Part shown: piece by piece, positions 11,301 through 23,828 of the stretch
Layout of the letters: each line of letters opens with the position of its first letter
How positions within the stretch are numbered: the first letter of the stretch is position 1
Origin: Oopsacas minuta
Lineage: Eukaryota > Animalia > Porifera
NCBI GenBank assembly: GCA_024704765.1
Contig: JAKMXF010000044.1
Location: forward strand, 883,082-947,081
DNA: 64,000 bases
Direction of reading: 5' to 3'
Made by a program: the position numbers and the translations under genes
Notes under the pieces: model-generated
Database searches by the model: none
What the model was told of the DNA's origin: nothing
What the model saw: only the letters and a program-made list of their open reading frames with translations

Positions 11301-12024
11301 CAAGCTTGATACTTATCGTAAATCAGTCCTGTCTGGATTAGTCATATCAATAGGTGGAGTATCAGAGTCTGTGATTAGAGCAGCTAGCAGTTCTCTCCTA
11401 GAACAAATAAAAGAAGTATCACAGGATCAGGAGTTATTGGATAGGTTTACAGTTAGTCTCACAGAAGTATACAATGATTGTATTAAGCAGCCGCGTCTAC
11501 TTGTCCCCTTCCTCAAGCTGACAGACAGTCTTCTCACTAACGCATGCTTTGAGGAGTACAGAGGAGACCCAGGATCATTCCCAGACCAACTATTCACATA
11601 TACTCAGTCCTGTACTAAGAAAACCAAGGATGTTAAACGAGTCTTAGCAAGTATAGATGTGTTCTGTGGTCTATTACAGTTTCAAGGTCAGGTGCAGACA
11701 AAAGTACTCTCTCATATGATGGATCTACTCTGTCATCCAATATTTCCTAGAGCTAGGAAGATAGCTGCTGAACAACTATACCTTACACTGATTACCTACG
11801 AGGAGTTGATGTCACCTGATGTAGTGGATGAAGTTAATCAGATTCTGAGTGATACTCTCTGGAATATATTAGAGGATAGAGACCTTACACAACCAAGAGA
11901 CCGTCTGTGTGAACTATTTAACCTACCTATACCAGCTCCTCGTACACCAGCTAATGTTAAAGAAAGTGGAATACAGAAACCACAAGATTTTACTTTTAAT
12001 GAATTTGTCCAGCGACCATTTTAA
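8374..12024 (+). CDS. TBCD: Tubulin-specific chaperone D, single exon, 1216 aa
   Basis: Motifs [65 protein letters not shown]. Confidence 0.97.
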   Translation: [1216 protein letters not shown]

Positions 12025-12816
12025 TTCTATAATTTAGTATGCTTTATTATATGATGATCTGAGATTTAGTTGTGTATGGTGATTTGTTATGGCTTATCAG
12101 TACCAATAAGGTATTAAGGGTTACCACAGCATCCAGCTAATTGGAAATAGGTGTAATAAACTGAAAGTACAATGTTAAACTAATGAAGTATAAAGCTGAC
12201 AATTTGACATTCTAAATCAGAAGTCCTCAACCGGTGTGCCTCAGGCTCAGAACGTTTTTTAAGTGTGCCACCTCAATTACACTGACATATAGCAAATTTT
12301 TAATATACTTTCAAATGCTTAGTTTCTGGCCCACTGGACATAACATGTAAAGTAAACAAGAACTAATCCTTTAACACAAATATTTTCGAATACATGATAT
12401 ATTTCTATAAACTTTTAAACACCGCGGGTTTACAAATGTTGAATTCACGCTTGACAAGCGTGCCTTGAAAAATATTGAAGAATATACTGTTCTAAATTCT
12501 AATATGTAGTACCTTATTGCATAATTTGAGAAAATCCAGTGCTAATTAAAATTACAAACACTCCTCCAGAACTCATTTTATGCATTTCTGCCTAATTGTA
12601 AACGATACAATCTGATTGGGCTATAATACAGAGGTGTCAAAAGGTGTGACAATATACACAGGAGAAATTTTTCAAATGTCAGGTACACAACTAGATGTCA
12701 CTACGATGACACTTGCCAAATTTGGTGTCTTAATCTCAAAGGTGTGAACAGCAGAGGGAAAACATATACGTACACTTATATATAGATATACTAAGTCAAC
12801 CATTTTAGAACTGATA

Positions 12817-13298
12817 CAGTAAAACCTCCAAAAGGTGAACACCCTGCGGACCAGCAAAAAATGGTCACTTTTGAGAGGTGTTCACTTTTCATGACCGGAA
12901 CAATTCAACTGACAATGACCACAGATTTCTGAAAATGTTATTTATAGGACCTCCATGTTTACACAAATGTGTGAAAGCATTGTCCAGGCAAATATTTTGT
13001 CTCTTCTGCCCATTGTATGACGAAGCCTCTAGTATATTGTGAAGCCACATCATCAAACATCCCTGCTTTCACAACTAGTGTGATAACAAAGCTGACAGCC
13101 TAGTTAAAAATCTGGCAGAAAAACCGGTGTTCACTTTTAAGAGGTCATATCCTATGTAATTTAGACATTTGGGACCAAATTAAGTGTTCACATTTCACTT
13201 TTCAGAGGTGTTCACATCCTAAAGGGGTGACCACTATGTAAAACTATGGGAGTAATTTGGACCGAGAAAAAGTGTTTATATTTTTGGAGGTTTTACTG
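12817..13298. mobile_element. pogo/Tigger-type non-autonomous element (482 bp)
   Basis: 17 bp perfect TIR CAGTAAAACCTCCAAAA, TA on both flanks, repeated subterminal GGTGTTCAC motifs. Confidence 0.85.
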
Positions 13299-13600
13299 TA
13301 CTATTTGATAGTATCAGTCGGCATAGTAAAAATATAAAATTACAACCTGTGCCGACAGCTTAGTCTATTAATTGAATTTGTTTAAAAAGTGGCACTATTA
13401 ATTGGAGACACTATGTGCATTGGGATTAAACCTCAATACACATAATGCCTCCAATTAATATTAAAATTGGAGTCACCTGAAAAATTGTTTATTTTATTTA
13501 TGCACAATAACAATTATACAGCATTATCATGCTGTATAATTGTTTATAGTAATATCGAGAATTACGACAAGAAACTACTGAGTGTTCGTATTCTAAATTA

Positions 13601-13796
13601 CAGACAGCAGTTTTTGCAGCGAATACTAGTTACAAGTTGTCGACTGGGTATACTCCTTTCCGAGCAATGTTCGGGAGGGAATGCGATTCGGAAAACCTAA
13701 AAATAGCTTCTCTTATTAGGGACCGTTTGTTCGGAAAGCTTATCAAAAGTGCTTCGATTAAGCAAAGACGTATGCAACACATTATTATCCCTTGAT
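13601..13796 (+). mobile_element. Gypsy/Ginger-type integrase C-terminal relic
   Basis: Translates QTAVFAANTSYKLSTGYTPFRAMFGREC, the post-catalytic integrase motif. Confidence 0.6.
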
Positions 13797-14639
13797 TTTA
13801 GAAACTCAAGTTACCAGATATGCTCCTCCTTTGGTCAATTGAAGTGTTTTCCTCATCACCAGAGACTTCCAGAAAAGCGTTCGAATACACATACATAATT
13901 TTAGTTCCATTAGTAAGTATGACATACATTATTGTGTGTAACTTTTGAATAATTTCTATACTAGTTTAGATCTGAGTAACAATTATTATTTCGGGAGTCC
14001 GACATCTCGCTATTTTTAATTAAATTATTCCCCTTAAATATTATAAAATCAATCCTTATGGTATCCTAGTTGTAGTTTAGATTAATTATTGTAAAGCCGT
14101 TCAAAGTATTGCGTCTAAATTCATTGAGTCATAGCATTCTATACACTAAGGCAATGGTGCTGATTATTGGACTTGGACCAGGGATTGGGTAAGTCAGTCA
14201 TTTTATTTATATGTCAAAATGTCATTACAAATGTAAATGTGCCTAAGTTTATCTGTGAATAAAAGAATTAATTACCCACTACCTTTCTAATAACTTATAG
14301 AGTGTTAGGATCTATTTTAATGTATTTATATATGTAACAATAATAATAATAACAGAGAACGATAATCAACAGAATACGTATATAAGGTAAGAATGAATAA
14401 ACATAGAAGTATAATAATTCTTTAGTAGAAGGGAGAAATTAATCAAGAGTATATATATGATGAGAGGGGTATATCTTGTGACTTCATGCGTCTTTGAAGA
14501 TTATTGCATCTGCGGCTGGCTGTATTGTAGCTGTTAATAATGGGCACCTAGTCTTGAGAGGGTTGAGATTTCAGTAAAAATAATGGTAGATAATAGATAT
14601 TGTAGTTGATGTTGGAGTTTATCTAATAGAATACAAGAA

Positions 14640-17090
14640 TTATGAACTGAATTTTTGAAGTTTGCTATTATCCCGCCCAATAACGAGTGAATTAACGTTT
14701 CTAACCTTCTTTGATAAAATGCAATTAGCCACGGTAGTATAAATCCTTTTAAGAATTTCCCATTTCGGAACCTTACAAACGCACCATTGTCTCCATATTT
14801 TACTATACTTTTCCTCAACAACAAATAAAGACAATTGAACCAATTTGCCACGGCAGGCTCCCTGATAGAATAGGGTACTTAAATTTGAATGGTTATCAAT
14901 TTTCAGAAATATTTCATACATTATCATGAGTGCTTGGTAGACTAATTCAGATGGATATTTCAATGATCCTCTATCAAGTAATTCAATCATTGAAAATCCT
15001 GTATCGTTCAAAACCTGAATATCTTTTGGAGGTGTTAAAATTATGGCAGTCTCGACAGTCTGTAGATTTGTTGAGGTAGGAAAAAATTGCATAACCAGCC
15101 GCATAATTTAGGCATTCAATTTGTGAAGTATTAAATACAGGGTCTGCAATATTATTTAGCTCATTCGTTACATACTCAATATCAAACTCAATGTGTGTTT
15201 GTTCATTGTCATCCTCAGCAAAATTTTTCAAATATTCCTTAAGAGATATATTATCGGATTGTTGTTTAATGTAAAGAAATTTGAGAGGGTTAGATAATTG
15301 CAGTCGATGTTCACTTTCCAGAATTTGACAGTAAGATATTTATAATTTGAACCAGACATTTGACGATATAGCCCGAAATGGTGTTCTAATGGATCATTTT
15401 GTATCCGAGTTGTTAGCAAATATTCAAAACCGCATTCAAGGGTCAATCTTTGCACTAACAGAGGGAGGGCAATACAAGTATTTCTAAAACTAGTGAATGT
15501 TTGCGGTGTAAGCTTCCCTCTAGATGTAGGAATGGATTTCCAACAATCTAGCCATTTTACTACGTCGTCCAAATATGATAACCTCGGATCGTTTAAGTGA
15601 AGCGGAGCAAAATTTGGATTGTTGAAGCGGATATCTTTTCCGACCCAATTAACATTGAATATGTCCCAGATTTTAGTTATCAAAAGTATAAAATTGACTG
15701 TATGGCGTTAATCGTTTGTATTTTCCTTATAGAAACTTGAGAGTCCCACAGCTGTAGATTCATGAAAGATCTTAAGAGCTAAACCTACATTTTGTCGCTC
15801 TAAATGGGATGGCCAACATGCTTTCGATGTTAGTTTCGGGGCTCTCTTAATGATGGAATATTTGTCAGCTTTATATAAGGTCCTGAGGTCGTGAAATGCT
15901 GCACAACAAATTGGAGGGAACTTTGACTTTGTCATTTCCTTAGGATTCAAATTAAGATTAGAAACAGGAATAGAAACCTTAAGTTGGGTAGATGGTATGA
16001 TTACTGGTTGTGTCATCTCATTGGTACAAGTCTCAAAATCGGGATAGATAAAAGTTTATTAAAATCTTTCAAATTTAACCAGTTATTGCGAATCGATTTC
16101 ATAATGTGAACAGTATCACAAAATAAGATAAGGTTACGAGATCGGTTACATGGGTGTACAACTCGAGGTTGTAGTACTTTCCCGTCAGATGAAAAGAGTT
16201 TAAATAGACTCATATTTAACGGATAATTATCGGTACATAATGCTTCTACAAATAGATCACAATTCTCAATATCATCAATCGTTTTTATAATAATCGGATA
16301 TAAATAAGCCGCGGAGGAAGATCCTAACGGAATTAGACGAACAATGGTAGGAAACTTTTTACCAAGACTGGAAATCATCATAGAAAACACAGTTGTAGGT
16401 GGGTCACTTGGATTGTCAATGGCCCCTAAAACTTTACCTCCTTTATAAGATGCATCACTTCGAATGTGAACTTCATCCATTTGAAGTATAACATGGCGCT
16501 CCCTATTGATAAATTTGGAAGTTGTTTCTTTTAGAATTTTAAAGTAATCACCTTCAATACCAGTGTTTTTAATACTAATCAAATTTCTCTCATGTGGCAA
16601 TATTAAACAATTGGACGATTGAATAAGTTGGTAACAAGCAGGTGATATTCCATGTATTTTTAATGAAAATACCTGTGTTAATATGTTATACCGCCGGCGA
16701 CTTTCAGAATTTATCAAATTTCTGAGTTTCCCAACTAAAAAGTGGAATGAAATACTCAATTATTCACTACTGTGATATGAATTATCTATGTCTAGGTCTA
16801 GCGAGTCACCATCAACATGGTTAATTGTACTCTCGAGTTCACGGATAGCAAGTTGTTTATGGTTGTTAATAGAACATTCTGTTTGAGAGCTATTAGTTGG
16901 GAGCACTAGTGAAATTTTATCAACCTCATCGAGGATAGCCTCAACATGGCGAGTGTCATTAATAGAAATTCGGGAGAGAGGTATTGTGAGGTGTTTATTA
17001 TCAAACGCTTGGATAAATAAATCATCGTTAACTAATACGAATCGATGAATGAAAGGTCCGGTTTCTGAAATAATTAGTTTGATATAAAGG
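14640..17090 (-). mobile_element. P-superfamily (THAP9-like) transposase pseudogene B, multiply frameshifted, THAP domain missing
   Basis: Across ORFs 16013..16759, 15708..16016, 15228..15683, 14983..15231 and 14640..15104: LQMDEVHI, CTDNYPLN, DTVHIMKSIRNNW, ERQNVGLALKIF, QNDPLEHHFG, DRGSLKYPS. Confidence 0.9.
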
Positions 17091-17615
17091 GTTGTTATCG
17101 GATACTTTAGCTATCCAGCCGTTTCGTAGGTCGATTAAATTAAGCTTAGCGTGACCTACGTAATATAAGGCCTGACTGTTCATTGGGACCATGGATTACT
17201 TAAAGTGCATACATTGAATATGATATGTTGAGATTAATACCATTGTTTTGACAATATTCGTACCAAATGGTAGATAGAAGGTAATCATATTCTACACTAC
17301 AACAACAAAAATTGTATAAATAAAGAAATAAGAAATGCTAGGGCAACAAAGAGACTGCCAACAGCAAAATCACTAATTATTTTGATTTGAATTTGGTGTA
17401 TTTACGAGAGTTATGCGAGCTTTCAGTTAATGTCCTTTTCAACGAATTCATGTTCTTCACTTTGTTAGCTAGGATACAGTTGGTTGCTGAAAAAATAATC
17501 TTCTTTAAGATATTCCATCCTATTGTGTCACAAGTAGGGCATTTGTTTCTCCAAATCTCAGTTTCATTACTCTCGATTACATTTAATGTTAAGGAAAACT
17601 TCCGAGATGGACTTG

Positions 17616-18870
17616 TTATAAGAGATTGAAGAGACTAGAATCCATTTCGATCCTGGAGTAGACCTTCCACAAAATTACAACTGCTTCAAGTACTGGAGCT
17701 GAAGGCCACTTAAGGCCTCCTCTGTCAATCGAACATATTAAACCATAGACGGGATCAGTTATATCTAATTCGAAAGTATCTTCCTCAACAAGACTTGACA
17801 AACACTGAGAGCAAATACTGCTCACTTCTTCCGTATCTCTTACGCCAGAAGAGTGAGTAATACCTCGCTTAGAATAGAAAGCGCTTTTGAAGATGGAATG
17901 AACACAATAACCGGCAATAAAGCTAAAGATTGAATGAGAGAAGTATCGAGTACGATTGGTTTCTCCTCTTCATTGAACACTCTGTTATCGGGGTCCAAAT
18001 CGACTATATTGTCATCGCTAGATTCTTCAGAGATTGAAAATGACTTTAAAAATTCTTTTAATGAGATTGAGCTCTCACCCAGAGTACTAGAGGAGAACAA
18101 CTTCAGAATTGCAGAAATCTTAATTAGTCTCTCACTTTGCAAAACTTGGCAATCTTCGAAATCGTACTTTCAATGTTTTCAACAGGGTCCTTAGTGTATG
18201 CAGAAACCTCGCTGATGATGGTATCGATTCCTCGAATATCACTGAGATTGTGTATTATGAGAGGAATTTGAATGTTTTGACAGAAGCCTGTAGGTGTTAA
18301 GGAGTCATTAATTGAAACATATGCTTGTATATATATATGTTTGTCTTTTGACAGCTTTAGCAAGTTAATAGACGTGTCATCTGAAAACCATTTAACCCAA
18401 GAAGGTAGTTCTAATTCTTCGAGTTTACATTTTAGCTCTCCTAATGATTTGACACCGAACTTATTATCCTCAGCTTTATGAAGATCAAGGCTCTGTTCTA
18501 AGGCTTGAAAGAACAATTTACTCTCAATCTTCCCACGATCTAAACGTTCAGGCTTCGGGGATGGTGAGCTAAGATACTTGGGACAACTGGGAAGAAGACA
18601 AGGTATAGCGTTCTTATGTAGAATTGGTCGCCGAGAAATTTTTTGTAATGAGCCATCAGGTTTAGGCATATCCATTTCAGTGGTGACATCTTCGGTACGA
18701 AAGTGATTAGAACAAACAAATACGTTTTTTAGATCTTCAATATCCTCCCTGTGCAGAGCGCGTAGCCATTTTTCTCTAAGTTCAGAGTTTGAGGGTAATC
18801 TGAATACTGGTGTATATGGCTCCCCTGAATAATTACTCCGGTATCCAGGTGCAGAGCAAGTGTTAGGCAT
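17616..18870 (-). mobile_element. P-superfamily element A, internally deleted (THAP N-terminus joined to the C-terminus)
   Basis: THAP MPNTCSAPGY..FRLP..W..VCSNHF. Near 18140 the sequence jumps to QSERLIKISAIL and DRGGLKWPS, paralogous to the C-terminus of element B. No catalytic core. Confidence 0.8.
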
Positions 18871-19268
18871 AAGACTAATCAGTAATGAAACAGAATTGCA
18901 GAATAAGATAAAATTCTAAATAACGAAAGACTTGGGAACATAATCTCGGGCTAATTATATATATGTTACACGCAAATCGTGAAATTGTCCATTTCATTGA
19001 ATAGATATTTGGTTACTCATTTCATGTAATGGTCTTTCAAATTATTGCACACTTCATGAAATGTGCAATGCTGTTGTCTTAGTAACATGTTATTCGTAAA
19101 TAATCAATTTTCAACACCAATTATGATTACACTCTTCCTTATTGAATATAATGTTGTCCTAATAACACGTAGTTATGAGTGCATATCAAAGCATTCTTCA
19201 TTTATAAATGATCTCAATTCGGGAACATCAATGCTTTCGTTTTTCTTTTTGGTGAATTAATCATAGAT

Positions 19269-20964
19269 ATGGAGGAGATAGTGGCAGAAAATCAAACTCT
19301 ATGGGATAAGAATTATGAAAAATACGTCGTCGATGTCTTGAGACGTGGAAAAACGGGAAAATCTCTTCCAAGAGAATGTTACAATATATTGAATGTTTAT
19401 TCCTTAGTATCTATTGGATCTGTTGCTAAGGTTACTAAGCGGAATGGAAAATGCATGGCAACAAAAGAGGAAGTTATTAATATAATATTTTCTATGCATA
19501 TCGCAACAGGCCATGGAGGTGAAAAGATACAAGATAAATTTGCCAATATCCTGCGTTACCTTGTCCAGGAATATATAAAACGTTGCAAAAGATGTGCAGA
19601 GAAGAGAGCAAGACGAGAGACTGCTTCTGGCGTAGTTATACGTCCTCTAACAGTGAAAGACTTAAATGAACGTGGCCAGGTGGATCTTGTTAATATGCAA
19701 ACAATCCAAGATGGTAATTTCAGATTTATATTACATTACATGGAATATCTAACAAAATTCCATGTTATTCGTCCTCTACAAAGAAAAACAGCTACAGAGG
19801 TTGCAAATCAATTGCTTTTGATTTTCCTAGACTTTGGTGCACCAAATATCTTACAATCAGATAATGGTCGTGAATTTACGGAACAAGTGATTCAAGAACT
19901 TTCAACTCTCTGGCCAGAACTTTTTCTTGTGAATGGACGTCCACGTCATCCCCAAAGTCAAGGATCAGTCGAGCGGAGCAATGGTGACATGAAGACTCAA
20001 TTGATGGCTTGGATGCGAGATAATAATACATCCAAATGGAGCTATGGGATCCGTTTTGTGCAATGGTCTATGAACACTTCATATCATGAAGCAATAGGAA
20101 TTCTACCAACAGATTTTCTCGATAAAATATTTACAGGTATATTGGAGGAAGATCTTGAAATTCAAATCTGTGAAGTTGAAAACGGAGATGTTAATTCTAA
20201 TAATCCAGAAACTATAGTTTCACCTGGTAATGACAATCCTGATGCTGAAAGTAATCATCTACCCCCCTCAATGGCAGAATCTTCACTGGACAATGAAAGA
20301 ACTCATCTACTCCCAATGGCAGAATTTTCCTGGAGAATGAAAGTACTCGTATATTTCCATGTACCACAACTCCACTAGGTAATGACAGTGCTGAAGAGAT
20401 TCTTAATGATTTAATAGGAGGAAAAGATCCAGAATTGCATCATACAAATGTTTCTAATTCTCTACTCTTGGACTTTAGAGGAAATGATAGCCATCCGGCA
20501 AGACGTGCACGAATAGAAGCTTGCAAAGGTATCCAAAAACAAGCCAAAAAATGATTGCACGCAGTACTCGCACCCTGCGTCCTCTTTGTATCGGTGATAG
20601 CGTTGCTGTGCCTGTATCCCAGTTTGATCGAAGCAAAGGTGATCCACCAAATATAATTGGGATTGTTTTGGAATTTGATCAGAGTGGTTATCAAATAGGA
20701 ACTAGGACTGCAAAAATAAGAGGCCGACTTGCAAGAAATCAAGTTGAATTTATCAAATTTACTGGACTGAATTCGGAACACATACCAGATGAAGAATTAT
20801 CGATTCGCGAAATTGTTCGAGCACAGAGCATATGTGGTGGTCAGGGATTTCGCAGATGTCATTGCAAGAGCAATTGTTTAACAAAACGTTGCTCTTGTTT
20901 AAAGGCAGGGCTAATATGCAACAGTGCTTGTCATGGGAAAGGATCATGTGACAACATAGATTAG
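19269..20964 (+). mobile_element. Ginger2/KRBA2-like DDE integrase-transposase with C-terminal Cys-rich domain, broken near 20300-20400
   Basis: HIATGHGG, CKRC, RGQVDLVNM, LQSDNGREF, GRPRHPQSQGSVERSN; C-terminal CHCKSNCLTKRCSCLKAGLICNSACH. Confidence 0.85.
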
Positions 20965-21071
20965 TACGTATTGAAAACAGACTAAGTTGTTTCTCAAGTT
21001 ATTTCCTAAATATTTTCTCACTTCTCATTCATATAATTTGTTTTCTCATCATGTTTCCTCATAGAATTATA

Positions 21072-23406
21072 CACGTTTTTTTTTTTTATAAGGAACCCTA
21101 ATTCAAACTTCAGGCTGAAGTTCCTTATTTTTTTTGCCAATTTCAGCCTCAAAGTTCCTTATCGGTTCCTTATTTTCTCGGCTCGAAATATTGCTTAGTA
21201 AGAAGGTACCTACGTATTCAATTACTTAATTAACTGATTATTAACATTTTAACATTGTAAAGTGTGTATTTAGCTTTTACATGTGTGCTAACAGACAGCC
21301 AACACTTGGCAGTTTTGGATTTATAAAACGCGTTAGACACCGTGGGGTATGGAACGAAATCATTCTACCTGACATTTCAGAACAGCCCAAATTGGAATGT
21401 CCCCACTGTGATAACAAATTCAAAAATCAACAAGGATTGACGGTACACCTAAAATGTAAACACGGTAACATTTCAGAAAGTACCAATGTCGAAATAAACA
21501 ACGTCCCACTTACTAGTAGTATAGCTGAAATCGAACATGTTTCGAACGTTGATTCAGAAGAACTACAGCTAGGAGTATTTGAAGCGCAAGATATTTCAAT
21601 TGAGCCACCTGCTAAAAGATCCCGTGGTCAAGATAGTAGACGGCAGTATAATTCAGTGTTCAAAGCGAAAATTGTTTCAAATCTTGAAGCAGGAGTATCA
21701 CCCAAGGTACTAGCTCAGAAACATGCTATCAGCAAATCAATGTTATCTATGTGGCGCTTGAACAAGGGAAAGATAATGTTGGCGGCTTCAAATGACCACA
21801 AGAAACTCTTGAAAATCAGACCTTCGACAAAATACGCGGAATTATATAGGGATCTAAGGAAGGTTTTCCTAGAAGCTCGTAGTAAAGGACACCGAGTTGA
21901 TTTCAACTGGATATGGTCAAAAGCTAGAATTCTATACAGGCAGAAAACGAACGATCCAAATGCCATCGTAAGGAAGCATGTAATCGTGAACTTTATCAAA
22001 CGAAATGATTTAAGATTACGCTCCCGCCAGAGAAATCGTAAGTTAAGCAAGGAGAACTTTCGTCTCCCGATGCAACAATGGCATGCTACTACCAGAGAGC
22101 GGTTGATAAGGACAGGATGTGCAGACTCTTATAACTCCAAATGGGGTAGGTATGCACCGGAGCAGCGATTTAATGTTGATCAATCTCCTTGTCCCTTTGT
22201 CATTAATACAAAGAAAACATGAAATGTTAGAAAAGAAAAACCCAAACAATCGTGAACATAAAGTTTGGATATCCCAACCTGGAAGTGGCTTGGACAAACG
22301 TCAGTGCACTCTCCAAATCTGTTTTCGGCCAACTGGGAAGCAGCCTCGAGTTGCAATTATATTCAATGGAAAGGGAAAAAGGATAAGTGAGGATGAAAAA
22401 AATGCATGGCACCCAGATGTTGATGTGTATTTTCAAGAAAACGCATGGGCAGATACCGCATTTTCTGTCGAATGGGTAAAACGTACCCTCTCCCCCATAG
22501 TTCAACATAGTATTGATCGTTTTGTCTTATTTTGCGACAATTTATCAGCCCAGATATCTGACGAATTTAAGAAATCTGTTTCAGATTTAAATGGCGTTTG
22601 CTGGTATGGATTACCTAATGCAACTGACATCTGGCAACCGGTAGATGCTGGATATGCTGAATTACTGAAAGTTTTCCTAAACCAAAAGCATCATGAGTGG
22701 CTTGACTGCGATGGCAATGCCACCAAGTGGTATGAAAGCACGCAAAGTTTTAGCAGGAAAGAGCGGCGGATTTTACTTACTCATTGGGTCGGTGAAGCAT
22801 ATAAAAAATTGATAAGTTCGCAATACGATTCATTCAGATTGCGGATATGGCAAAAGACTGGTTGTCTCATGACCGCTGATGGTACTGAGGATCACCTAGT
22901 GCAACCAGAAGGATTACCTGGCTACAATATTCCTCCTCCCTCTATGATTGACCCGGACACTGTGACTCCAGGCATGCAAAACCCAGAACCAAATGAAAAT
23001 GTAGATATTCAATCCGAGAAAGAAAGTCTTCTAATTGATAATGATGATGAGCGTGAAGAATTTGAGGATAATATAGCTGATAGGATTTTTCACCATGAAC
23101 TCGTTGGAAAACAAGTTAAAGGGTTATATGAAAATGGGTGGTTTATTGGAAAGATCCAATATTTTAACAGTAGGCTTGATGAGTTTAAAGTAGTATTTGA
23201 AGATGATTCAATTGATTATATATCAAAGGAAGATATAGACGATGTTGAAATATTCTTGATAAATTAATAAATGATACTATGATAGGTATATTATTTATGG
23301 GTTTTATAATCTCAGGCTGGGCAGTTCCTTAAGAGTTCCTTAATTTTTTGCCAATTCTCAGCCTGGAGTTCCTTATAAAGGTGTTCCTTATAAAAAAAAC
23401 AACGTG
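21072..23406 (+). mobile_element. Full-length pogo-superfamily transposon (DD35D, Passer-like), 2335 bp, one frameshift
   Basis: TIR CACGTT(T/G)T-run-ATAAGGAAC at both ends with TA flanks. ORFs 21281..22222 and 22119..23267 join near 22220 (KKT[Y]EML). Triad FNVDQS / FCDNLS / QPVD with 35 residues between the last two Asp. Confidence 0.92.
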
Positions 23407-23408
23407 TA

Positions 23409-23480
23409 AGGCTTCGCGGGCCAAAAAAAGTAAGCTTGCGGGCCGTATCCGGCCCGCGGGCCAACAGTTTGAGACCGCTG
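23409..23480. mobile_element. hAT-like terminal fragment
   Basis: GCGGGCC repeats ending CAGTTTGAGACCGCTG, typical of hAT/Charlie ends. Confidence 0.5.
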
Positions 23481-23828
23481 CCTTAATCTATCTTTTTTAT
23501 CTCACTCTCCTCTCTCTCCTTTACTTTCCTCTTTTTTTCTTTCCCACTCGCTCCATACCCTTATTTCTGGCTACGTCCCAGAAAAGTAGTTTTTATCTAT
23601 TTTTTAATGTATCTACTCAGTATATTTATATCATGTTCTAAACACTTCATTGAAGCTCCTTTACGAATTATTTGCTTTCTGTATTGTTCACTATTCAAAA
23701 CAATATCAATTAATTGTTATACACTAAAATCTATTGAAAAGACGTCTATTCACCAAGTATTTATTGTTATTAAATGCCCCTTATTTACCCCTAGAGTATT
23801 CTGATAGCATATTGGCATTATAATCCTA

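Noticed and set aside
18930-18970. CATATATATAA as the P-element TIR
   Set aside because: No matching inverted partner or 8 bp TSD found at the other end.
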